Shown here piece by piece: positions 22,496 to 33,448 of a stretch of 64,000 nucleotides of DNA. Where the stretch lies: assembly GCA_001179505.1 (NCBI GenBank), contig CDMY01000013.1:1-64000 (forward strand). The letters run 5' to 3'. Position numbers and translations under genes: made by a program. The stretch is from Vitrella brassicaformis CCMP3155. Its lineage: Eukaryota > Protista > Chromerida. The notes below the pieces were generated by a model, which worked only from the letters and a program-made list of their open reading frames with translations, was not told the origin of the DNA and ran no database searches. Within the stretch, counting starts at the first letter, position 1; each line of letters opens with the position of its first letter.

Positions 22496-23243
22496 AGAGA
22501 TATGGATGGATGTGGGGCGGGGCGGGGCGAGATGATCTTATGATTTTTGGAAGGGCGAGTCAGTCAGATTCGCGGGCAGGCAGGTTCTTTGGTTGTGAGG
22601 TCGATGTGTCTGTCCATGTCCATGTCCATCCGCTGGATTCTTTGCGGATCGGATCGGATCGGTGCCTGCCGTGTGAAGTGAGTGAAGGAGTAGGGTAAGG
22701 GAGTGTGGACACACTTGATTGACTTGAAGACAGCCATCCCTTTTGCCTGAAGCCTTTTCACTCAAGTCACGAGCAGACAGACACACGATAGATATGATGC
22801 ATACGGGTCTTTTGGCGAGAATATCGAATGCGGTTTTTTGCTCACACACTCGCCCCCATCACACATCACACAGGCCATGCAGCTGACACGCCTCTCACAC
22901 ACGCACATCACACCACCTCACGCGCACATACAATCAATGCAAAGGACGCCGAAGCGCACAAACGTGAATAAATATTTGAGAAGCAGTAAGTAAGGCATAC
23001 ATAACACTGACTGACTTATATAGGTCGGCACACACACCTATCGCACACGGCACGGCACAGACAGCACACACAAGAGGCAGGCAGAGAGGGCCATCGACAG
23101 GAAAGACTTCACAGCGCACCAGGCAGCAACACCCATATGCACACAGCCAGCAGCACCAGCAGCAGAAAAGAATATTGACATTCTTCAACAGCAAAACATG
23201 CCAAACAAAGAGTGAGTGGTCTCTCTGATGCACCACTCATCAA

Positions 23244-24110
23244 TCACGCGCCCTTCTCGCCGCCGGGCTTGCTCAAAACCAGGGCGAAATTGGGCTCGAC
23301 CACCTGCACCGACCCATCGGCCTGCACCCACTCAGCCGCGAACCGCTGCAGCTGCTCGTCACCGATGTGGTCGACGGCGAAGACGCCGTGTGTGGTGGCC
23401 TCCCACCACACGAAGAAGTTCTCGAGTGTGTCGTAGGCGTGCATCCCGTCCTTGCGGCTGAGGGAGAGGGTCTCGAAGCCCACGGCCTCGCCCAGTGTGC
23501 GGAGTGTGTCTGCGTCGCGCCAGTAGAAGTCGGCGTGGATGGCGTCGCGGTCAGACGGGGGCAGGAGGGCCGTGGCCGCCACGATGGTATCGGGCAGCCG
23601 CTCAGTCGTCTGCAGGGCCAGACGGCCACCTGGCTTCAGCACCTGAGACCAAGACAACAGGGCAACACAATCACAAAGTCCCACGCCATCATCTTGGTTT
23701 CTGTCCTGTGGTCGGTGCCTGCCTTGTTTGCCCCCACCCACCTGATAAAGGCGTTTGAGGACGAGTAGGATGTCGTGGTCGGTGACCCACTGGATGACGT
23801 AGTTGGAGAAGACCACACTGAAGGGCCCCTCAGGCACATCCGCGTCCCGGCCCTGTACAAACGTCACCTCGGGGTGGCACAGCCGCGCCACCTGCAGCCG
23901 CCGCTCGTCGGGGTCCAGCCCCACCACCTCCCCGGCAAGCGACGCCATGTAGGCCGTGATATCCCCCGTGCCGCAGCCGAAATCCAGGCACCGGTCGGCG
24001 TCGGTGAGGGCGAGCTGCTTGACGAAGTTGATGCCTTGCTGGTACTGCCAGGAGGCGGTCTTCTGGTAGAGGGAACTCTGACACTCATTGCCGCCCTTCT
24101 TGCCACCCAT
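23244..24110 (-). CDS. Class I SAM-dependent small-molecule methyltransferase (Tam-like), one intron
   Basis: CLDFGCGTGDIT (motif I), VVGLDPD, FSVVFSNYVIQW, VLKPGGRLALQ. Confidence 0.9.
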   Translation of the reverse strand: MGGKKGGNECQSSLYQKTASWQYQQGINFVKQLALTDADRCLDFGCGTGDITAYMASLAGEVVGLDPDERRLQVARLCHPEVTFVQGRDADVPEGPFSVVFSNYVIQWVTDHDILLVLKRLYQVGGGKQGRHRPQDRNQDDGVGLCDCVALLSWSQVLKPGGRLALQTTERLPDTIVAATALLPPSDRDAIHADFYWRDADTLRTLGEAVGFETLSLSRKDGMHAYDTLENFFVWWEATTHGVFAVDHIGDEQLQRFAAEWVQADGSVQVVEPNFALVLSKPGGEKGA

Positions 24111-24229
24111 GGCGCATTCGGACAGCCTCTCCCACCGACCTCCGAGACTCAACGGTAACGGCTCCTCCGTCTGTTTACGGAAGGGCCATCGACACTGCGC
24201 CGCCTAGCCGCAGCCGTCACACGCTCAAG

Positions 24230-26817
24230 ATGCGGCTGATCGCATGTCTGTGGCTGCCCCTATTTGTCCAATCGCAAAACGTCACCATCAAAGGCCTATG
24301 GGTACGTCCGGCCTGCTGAGCTCTTGGGCTGAGTGGCTGTCTGTCTGTGACCTCTGTCCCTCCCTCTCTGTGTGTGTGGTTGTGTTGTGTCCACCAGAGT
24401 CAGTGGCACAAGATAACGTTCGACTTCATCGGCCCCTACACAGAGGAGCAGGCTGCCCCCAGCCCCTTCGCCACCTACCGACTCACCGTCACCTTCACAC
24501 ACAGCGGCTCCGACGGCGAAACCTCATACGACGTCCCGGGATTTTTCGCCGCGGACGGCAACGCCGCCCACACGGGCGCGACAGGCGGCAACGTGTGGCG
24601 GTGCCACTTCAGCCCACCCCATGTGGGCATGTACCACTACAGGGTGGCCTTTCTCACCGGCGATGGCATCATTTTGGACCCGTCGTTGGCTGGTGAGTCT
24701 GCTGGGTACATGGATGGCCTTGAGGGGGATTTTGTGGTGGGCTACTCTAACAAGACGGGCAGGGACGCACGTGCCATGGGGCTGCTGCAGTACGTCGACG
24801 AGAGATACCTCTGGCTGGCGGTGAGTCGAGTCGGGAGAACACATGGGCAAGCGGGAGGGAGGGAGGGAGGGAGGGAGGGAGGGGGTTGCTCGGATGCTGC
24901 CGCGTGCGTGCTCTGTGTCAGGGGAGCGAGGAGTATTTCCTGAAGATTGGCACGGACTCCCCTGAGAATCTGCTGGCTTACGCTGACTTTGACAACACTC
25001 CCAACACCTACGACCTGCGCAAGGAGTACATCCAGCACATCGCCGACTGGCGAGAGGTGAGTCAAGATAACACAGACACCAGCTTCCTGAAGAGCGTCCT
25101 CCTCTCCTCTCCTCCCCTCCCCGTGTCTTTGCTGCTTTCTTTCTTTCTTTCTTGACCATCGATCACCAGGGCGACCCCACCTGGGCGGACGGCAGGGGGA
25201 AAGGCCTCATTGGGGCTGTCAACTATTTGTCTTGGAAAGGCCTCAACATGTTGAGCTTCCTCACATTCAACGTCCAAGGTAGGTCAGTGAATGAGTGCAA
25301 GAAATGTCACCACAAGAGCTTCCCTCATTGTGGTTCGTCTGCTCGCCTCACCTCACCCAGGTGACGACATGAACGTCTTCCCCTACACGTCGGTGTGGGG
25401 GTACCGCATTGACGTGAGCAAGACGGACCAGTGGGAGATCGTCTTCGAGCACGCCAACAGCAAGGGCATCGGGCTGCACGTCAAGACACAGGAAACCGAG
25501 AACGAGCACCTCCATGGCAATAGCACCTTTGATGTCCGCCGGGCAATCTACTACCGTGAACTCATCGCTCGCTTCGGCCACCATCCTCTGCTCATCTGGA
25601 ACCTGGGTAAGGGCCTTCTGGTGGGCGAAGGCGCAGGGGATGGGATTGACGCGCTGTGTGTGCGCGCGCGCGTGTGCGTGTGCGTGTGTGTGATAGGGGA
25701 GGAGACGAAGATGCCCAGCTGGGTTTTGCTGGCGGCGGCTGAGTACATCCGAAAGGTCGATCCCTACGGCCACTCCATTGACGTGCACACCTACCCCGAC
25801 TGGAAGAACGATGTCTACCCCGCACTCATGTGGAACAACGCAAGCAAAGTGTAACAAGCAGATAGATCGGCAGGGCCCGGCCCGGCAGGGAATACGATAC
25901 GGCATCGCATTCTGTGTGTCGTTTGTGCCCATCCATCATCCATCTATCTGTGCAGGACCGGTGCTTCTCTGCAGTGTGTGCCCGAGACCATCAACGCCGA
26001 GATCAACGAGTGGATACAGAGATCAGCCGAGAGCCCACACCCTTTCGTCGTGTCCAATGATGAGCAGAACCCGTATTACTTAGGTACCTATGCTAGGCGT
26101 CCCCCCTCTCTCCCTTGTCAGTCAGTCATTGTTTTCCTTTCCGGTTTGCATTCAGGCGTTCAGATTGATGACATAGACCCTGATCATGACTTCATAAGGC
26201 GGCATGCGCTCTGGGGCAGCTTTCTCGCCGGCGGCGGCGGCGTGGAGTTTTATTTTGGGTGGGGATTTCGCTGGCACCAGACAGGCGAGCAAGGCCCGAT
26301 CATAGGCAACGACGACGAGGAGGACGTCCCGTACTCGACGTGCTCGGACATCACTTGCGAGGACTTCCACACCCGCGACAAGATGTTCTCGCAGGCCTTC
26401 CTGGCCTGGCGCTTCATGACGCAGAACGATATCCCCTTCTGGGAGATGAACGGCATGAACCACCTCACGCCGCAGCCGGATGACTTTGTCTTTGCCAAGC
26501 TGGGCGATATCTACCTCATCTACACGTTCACCAACACCACAGAAGTGCTTCTGGAGGTGGCGAGCGGGGTTAACTACTCCGTCCGCTATTGGAACCCCAA
26601 GACGGGCGGCGACATGATCGACAATGGGCAGATCATCCCGGCCGGGGAACCAGGTGGAAATACCACCAGCCGCACCGTGACCATGCCGATGCTTCAGGCG
26701 GCGCAGGTCGGCTCACCTGACGTCCTGATAATAGTCAGGAGAGTCGATTTCGCGGCGGCGAGGAGCCTGCTCAGAGAAAGAGAACAGCTGGAGGATTTGC
26801 AAGAACTAGTGTCATGA
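24230..26817 (+). CDS. Secreted DUF5060-type putative glycoside hydrolase with a C-terminal beta-sandwich (bacterial-like family)
   Basis: Signal peptide MRLIACLWLPLFVQSQ. Spliced QWHKITFDFIGP, VPGFFAADGNAA, WRCHFSP, FLKIGTDSPENLLAYADFD, RIDVSKTDQWEIVFEHA...GIGLHVKTQETEN, YYRELIARFGHH..LIWNLGEE, SNDEQ, GGGGVEFYFGW, IPFWEM, VRYWNPKTGG. Confidence 0.8.
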
Positions 26818-27525
26818 CGTTGCTTGGATCTGTGATGACCGACCGCACTTTGTTTTGGTCGTCGTGCACTGCAGCCGTCCGTCCCTGTCCTTTGCTGCCT
26901 GCCTCGGTTTTTTCCATCCAGTGCAGTGAGTGTGTCGTCTCGTCTTGCGATTCCTCGGTGGACGAGAGGAAGTTTGGTGTTTGATTGATTGAGCTCAAGT
27001 TTTGCCTGACTGACTGACTGAGTCGTATCGTATCTGCGTCGCCTCCTCTTGCGTGTGCGCCTTTCTCCTCCATGAGTGTATGTGTATCGCAAATTGGCCG
27101 TGTCACTTAGTTGACTTCAGGTAGGCGGTTGGCTGCCTGGTCGGTTGGTGTGGTTGGTGTGGGGGGTGCGGTGCATTCATGGACGGATTTGTTTGTACGT
27201 CGATGTCTGCAGCACAGCAGCAATGCTTTCGTGTTGGTGTGTGATGTGTGGGTTCCCTCCCCGCTGCTCAAAAGTGTATCTATTCATTCGTTCGGTGCAG
27301 TGCATGCAAACAGACACATTGAAGATCTTTGAGAGAGAATCCTTCCGTCGGAATCGGCATCTCTTGCTCCCTGCGGAGCCTTGTGCACTGCAGCTGAGCC
27401 GATTCTCATGCATTCAATCCCTGCCCTCTGTGCGAGCTTAAACAGCAGAGGCGCGTGTGCGAACAGCAGATCAGAACAGCAGATCTGCGGCTCTTACTTG
27501 CCACAGGAAGAACAGAGCCTGCGCC

Positions 27526-29036
27526 ATGAGTGGGGAAGGCGAATTAGGCCCTGGCTCTGCATCCAAGGGCAAGAGAAAGGGCGGATACCAGCAAGGCGGT
27601 GGCGGTGACCGAAAGGTGCGCGAACGACAAACAAGGACATCACGGAGTGAATGCCCCTCATCCCTGCCTATGATGTGATCTTGGTCAGCGCACGAGGCGT
27701 GACTTCCCGAGAGGCTCCAGAGGATGGCTGCTGACGGTGTCAACGCCCGGAAAGGGCCGAGAGGCGACCAAGGAACTCATCACACTGCTCCAAGACGTGA
27801 GCTGGACTCTCATGTGTCACTCACCCATCATCGTCTCGCTGCTGGCGCGTATTCTGAGTGCAGTTTCTGCCGCCTGCCGATGAGGAGGCGGCGGGCGGTG
27901 AGGCGGGTGGTGTGAGTGCAGCCCTGGCCAGTGAGCTGAGCGACATGCGGACGCAGATCAAGCAGTTCGTGCCCATATACGACGTTGTCAAGGTCAGGAA
28001 GTCACACACCGAGATTGACGCGATACGATACACCTTCATCGATCTTCCTCCTGTCTATGTTTCTCACATATATCAGAGTGCGCACTTTTTGCGTCTGGAC
28101 ACTCCGCAAACCGACAAGGAGAGCAAGGACCAGGCGGCCGAGATGCGCGATGAGGACGAGGACGAGATCATGGAGATACCAGACGAGGAGGACGACAGCC
28201 GCCCGTCAGAGCTGGCGTGGAAGCTCTTCGACCGCACTGTCAACACAAAAGTGGCCAACTCGAGGTGGGCAACGCGGCTGGGAGAGAGAGATGCGTCGCT
28301 GATCACCTTGTTTGTCTGCCTGGTTGCAGGTTCATCAATCGTCTGCTGCCGATCGACTACATCTGTCGTCCCCACATGGAGAACTTCACCCGACTGGCCC
28401 GGCAGCTGATCCCACGACACTTCACACCTGCACCAGCCAAGCCGCAAGCCGAGGAGGGGAAGGCCGACGGCGAGAGTGCCGCTGTGGCAGCTCCCCCCCC
28501 GCCGTCAGCACCTGAGTCGTTTTGCACGTGGAAGTGTGAGTTCAACGCCCGCAGCATGAAGACAATCGCGCGAAAGGACGTGTATGCCGCCATCGAGGAA
28601 CTCATCGACAAACGGCACAAGGTGGGCAGGTACATGCCGCAGGCAGGCAGCCAGGCACATGGTTTGGTGACGCATCGACAAATCGATCAGGTCAATCTGA
28701 CGAATCCTGACCGGACCATACTCGTCGAAGTCAACCCAGTTAGAGAATGACACGCAGGCGACACTACCAGTGCATATTCTCTGCCCCTCTCTCCCCCCGC
28801 TCTTGCTCTTCTTCTCCTGTGTGTGTGATTCCATCCAGCGTTTCTGCGGCGTGTCGGTTCTGCGTGAGTGGTCCCGGTTTGAGGGCTACAACCTGGGCAA
28901 GCTGCTGGGCACCGTGCCCAAGACACACCTTGGTAATGATGTTGACAAGAAGGGCGGTAAGGCCGAGAAGGGCGGCAGGATGGATGTGGAGACCGAAGAT
29001 GCTGCAGCACCTGTTCAGCAGCCAGGGGAGGGCTGA
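27526..29036 (+). CDS. THUMP-domain protein (Tan1/THUMPD1-like tRNA acetylation adaptor)
   Basis: Spliced RGWLLTVSTPGKGREATKELITLL, RFINRLLPIDYIC, TWKCEFNARSM, HKVNLTNPDRTILVEV, CGVSVL...FEGYNL. Confidence 0.88.
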
Positions 29037-29399
29037 TGGATCGATGGATGGCGATGGATGGATGGATGGACGGGACGATTGAATAGCAGTGGTTGAACGT
29101 CTGATCATTTTCTCGCTACGCTTGGCGAAATCGATACAGAGAGACAGGTAGTTAGTTTTATGAAGACTGAATGAATGGAGCTGTACATGGTATGGTCACC
29201 AGCCGATTCATTCTGTCTTGACAGACACATATACAAGAATGAATGAATGAAGGCACCCCACGTGGTTGCTGAGCTGGCTATACACGTCACGCGCCTCCCC
29301 CCACTCAGTCATGGTCATGCACACCGATAGACAGACAAATAGGTTGATAGATAAAGCAAACAAAACCCATCCACCACAACATGACTGTGTTGCATGAGG

Positions 29400-30473
29400 T
29401 ACCAACTCACGCACTCAGTCTCTGTCCCCCTCTCTCTCCCGTGCCCTCTCTTTGTCCTTCCGCCGCTTCTTCCTGGCCCTCTTCCTCTCAGATCGGCTGC
29501 TGTCGCTCGACCCCTCCTTCCGCCTCCTCCTGTGCTTCCTGCTGCTGTGCTTGGATCGCTTGCGCTTCTTCCGCCGCCGCTCGTCGTCGGAGTCGGACTC
29601 ACTGGAGCTGCTGCTGCTGGCAAACTCGTCATCCGAATCAGATAGCCTGAATCCGACACATACATACCGGCAAGCAGGGCAGGCAAGATTACGTCAAGGT
29701 GATCGATCCACGGCATTCATATGTATTCCCATCTCACACACCCAATGGGTCTTCCGCGGATCGCCTGGATATCCACATACGGCAAATTCTGATGTGCAGA
29801 ACAAACAGATCACGACGCAGACAGGTGGGTGCATGAGCAGGTTAGGTGGTTGTGCTGGCTGGCGTACCTCTCCCGTCACTTCCGTGTAGAACTTGTCAGG
29901 CCTCCACCTGTCAGGTTTGAGCGCCACCTCGGCCTTGGCTCTCGCCTCTTTCTCGCGGTCCTCCTCATGCACGTTGACGTTACGATCGGCCACATCCAAC
30001 GCATTCCGCACACCACCTGCTGCCACGGGCAGGCAAGGGCAACGCAAGAGGGAGGACACACACAGACAAACACCGCATAGCACACAGTCCAGTCGTGAAA
30101 TGGACGACTCTCCTCCCTCCCTTGGTGTGTCGGTTTCTCTCTCCTCTCTCTCGTGGTACCTTCCTTCCTTACCTTCTCTCCTGGGCACTGATGCCACCCG
30201 CCTGTGGGCCACCCGCCGCCGGTCAGCGGCGGCCTTGTCCTCCCTCTGTTTCTGCTCCCACATCTGCCTGGTCTCCAGCACCTTGTTCTGCGACTCGACG
30301 TGACGCAAGATGTCCTGGGCGTACTGGCTGGAGATGTGGCGGCCTCCTCTCCTGGCGGAGCGGGATGCGCTGCGGTCCTGAGGCATCTCGTCGCGGGGAG
30401 GCGAGTCGTCGTGGGCGTCGGGCAGCTCGGGAGGCCTCTCGGGGATGCTGAGCTCCTTGTCGCTCCCTGACAT
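29400..30473 (-). CDS. Basic RS/K-rich nuclear protein, NKAPD1 (C11orf57)-like; 3' end uncertain
   Basis: DILRHVESQNKVLETRQMWE and PDRWRPDKF resemble, from memory, NKAPD1 motifs (IRHTDAHNKIQEE..MW; DRWGH). SDSD/RRKKRKRSKH tail. Confidence 0.5.
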
Positions 30474-30676
30474 GGCCGGAGAGCAGACGGAATGCGACAT
30501 TGCCAACGAAAATAACATCGGACGCTATCTTGAACCAGCACACGGGTCAACAAACACTTGACACACCAAACTTCCCCTTCTCTCAGTTCTCTTTCCCTTT
30601 GCCAAGCTCGCGATCGGTGGAAGGTGCCGAAGAGAGCTCATCTGTGGAGGGCGTCGTCGTTTGCACGATACTGCGC

Positions 30677-30971
30677 ATGGCGGCCTCGAGAGGACTCAGT
30701 GGTCTGTCGGCACTTTTGGTTGTGGTGATAATCACGGCATCAGGCCTCCTGGCTGGTGCACGAAGAGGCGTGTTCTGGAAGCTCGTAGGCCCACGAAGGA
30801 GAGGCATCTGCCACAGACATGGCTTGGTTTGATCGCATGTTTGCTTTGCAGGATGCACGGGACTGTGGGTGCGAGTGCTGCTTGGTGGCTTCGCGGCTCG
30901 CTTCGGAGAAACTCGCAGGCATAGATAAGAAGGTGGGCGCATCGGAAATGTCATTCATGTGCTCGCCCTTT

Positions 30972-31006
<35 letters not shown>

Positions 31007-31100
31007 GTGTGTCATCCATGGGTTGCTTTGCAGTGCACTCCTCCCGTTCCCGATACGCTGCACCCCGATGGTGCGCTGAGCGAGTGCCATCATAGAGATC
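30677..31100 (+). CDS. Small putative secreted Cys-containing protein
   Basis: Signal-peptide-like MAASRGLSGLSALLVVVIITASGLLAG, followed by short Cys-rich segments between intron-like tracts; splicing not resolved. Confidence 0.3.
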
Positions 31101-31949
31101 CTTGCCGACTCACAGGCAACACCATACTCACAAACGCAGAGTTCGTTCCCCTCAAGGTCAGTCAGCACAGCCACGACACACACACACGTGTACTTGCTTC
31201 ACTCCCCATGCCACTTGTGTGTTTGTTTGTTTGTTTGTTGTGTGCAGCAATGGTGTTATTACGCGTGCGAGTTGCCATCGGCGTTTGCGGCCATCGGCAC
31301 GCCCTGCCAGGCAATCAGTGGCGAGAATGTTCTGCTGGCCCAGACGGGAGATGGCAATGGACGAGATGCAGCACACTACTCGGCATAATAAGCAAGGGTG
31401 TCGGATTGACACCTGGTGGCGATTGGGAAGGGGCGGACGTTTTCCAGTCTCCATGGTGAATGATGGGGTAGGTGGGTGCTCTTTGTGTAGCCTGTCTGTG
31501 TGCGTGTCGATAGCACGATAGATAGCTGTACAGCTGACTGACTGACTTGAGTCTCATCCATGGTGGGGTGGCATGTACGTACGTTGTGTGAAGGGCTGTG
31601 TGGATGGGATGTCGGTGGCATCGCATCGCATGCATAATTGAGTGAGGTTCGAGGGCCGGATACATACATCTGTCTGTCTGTCCATATGATATGAAGAACA
31701 TTGTGCTGCACAGGGAATGAATGAATGCAGTGCACGGGTTTTGCACCACCATTCATTCCATCACACACATCCAGCGAGCTGCTCCATGAGTGCTGAAGAA
31801 CACAATGAAGGATCAACAGAACACCGAGTGAAGCCAACATCCCATCTAAACCACAGACATCTCTCTCTCTCTCTCTCTCTTCCTCACACACGCACACACA
31901 CACTCACATAAGTGAGACCATCGATCGACATGTGTCTGTCTCCATGTGT

Positions 31950-32920
31950 CTGTCAGTCATCCGTTTGGCATGGGCGGCAGTGTGCCGCTCCGTCGGCAGT
32001 ACTGGCACACCTGGTCGGCCTTAGCACGCATCAACGACGAGAACTGCTCTATCATTGCCTTGCCTGAACCAAGAAACCAAGACACACACACACACACACG
32101 AGGGAGCTCCCAGAATGTGCGTCTTGGCATCCTTCTGGCACACCGCTTTCGATCTCTGTGGCCTGGAACTTATTGATCTTCTCGAGCCTGGCAAAGGAAG
32201 GCAGAAAGGCGAAAGCACGGGGGGATGTGAAAGAGCTTCATTCCTCGCTTCATCCATTTCTCGCTCACTTGGCAATGCGCTCCTGAAGCTCATGGAACTC
32301 CGCCTTCTGCAGACAAGACAGACAAGACACAAAACGCATACACGTGGAAAATTAGGGTGTTGCCACAAGGCGGCTTACAAGTCGTTGGTTTTCCTCCTTG
32401 GTGTCCTCAATCTGCCGCACCGTCGATCCCCTCATCTCACTAAACGCCTTGTCAAGCGCCTGTACACACACACACACATGGCTGGCAGGTGAGGACATGA
32501 TGCCTCACTCCCACCCTCCCCCCTCTCACATACGCACGCACGTCGATTTGCTTGACGACGTCCTTGTGGTCGCCGCGGAGCCGCATCGCACCTGACGACT
32601 GCTGCAGCAAATGCATGTGCTGAAACGCGCACACAGGACGACAGGGAAGGCACAGCTGTGTACCACAGCTGACCAATACCTCCCTTGATAATGAGAATCC
32701 TTCTAAGCATCCGTACGTGGACGACGCGATGCAGCTGCTGGTGCAGCTCGTCAGAGGACCGCCTGGACGAGACGCTGTCGGCAGACCTGCTGCTGGGGCT
32801 GGCGTCGCTGTGCTGTCGGCCCAGCTTCAGCCGCACCATCATCTCCTTGTCCATCCCGAGGGCAGGGTCATCACTGCGCCCATTGAGCGATATATCGGGA
32901 GCGGCAGCGGCATCATTCAT
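31950..32920 (-). CDS. Hypothetical multi-exon protein
   Basis: ORF 32432-32920 (MNDAAAAPDISL...) and downstream coding-like segments (FSEMRGSTVRQIEDTKEENQRLVS) separated by GT-AG introns; no recognisable family. Confidence 0.4.
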
Positions 32921-33448
32921 GAGGTCGATGAGCGGGGATGACGGAGCATCCGACCTGCCTCTGTATTAAAGCAAGAAGCACAAGCAAACAGTCACGATGG
33001 GGAGATGGATCATTGTATTGTGCCTTTATCCCCTCGCTGGTTTGCTTACGTGCCGGTGTTTGCCTCTACGACCAAATTGTCTACGACTGCTGGCCTGTCC
33101 TCTGGATTCTTCTTCATCGCTACGCCATGGAATGGAAGGCGAGCTGGGAAATGGCCTGTTTGCCACAAAGACGATGCTCTCACTGTAGCACGACGGTGGC
33201 AACGTCTCCCGATGATCCTCCCGAGAATAGCAGCGCAGTGGATCGGCGATCCACAGGAGATTTGAGAAGTGTGCTATCTCCCGGGCTGAGGACTACCGCG
33301 AAGGACAGAGAGGCTACCAGAATCCCTTTGGTCCGACTTTCACTGTCAGATCTAGAAGCGAACCGTCAGATTCTCAGCTTATTCGCCTCCCTCACTTACC
33401 GCCAGCTACTCAGGAGTCGCTGCTCGGTCACATCGTTTGTGGTCCATC

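Noticed and set aside
24850-24885. GGAGGGAGGG tracts as regulatory G-quadruplexes (also ~34346, ~36000 and ~50910)
   Set aside because: They are recurrent intronic simple repeats typical of this genome, with no evidence of a specific function.
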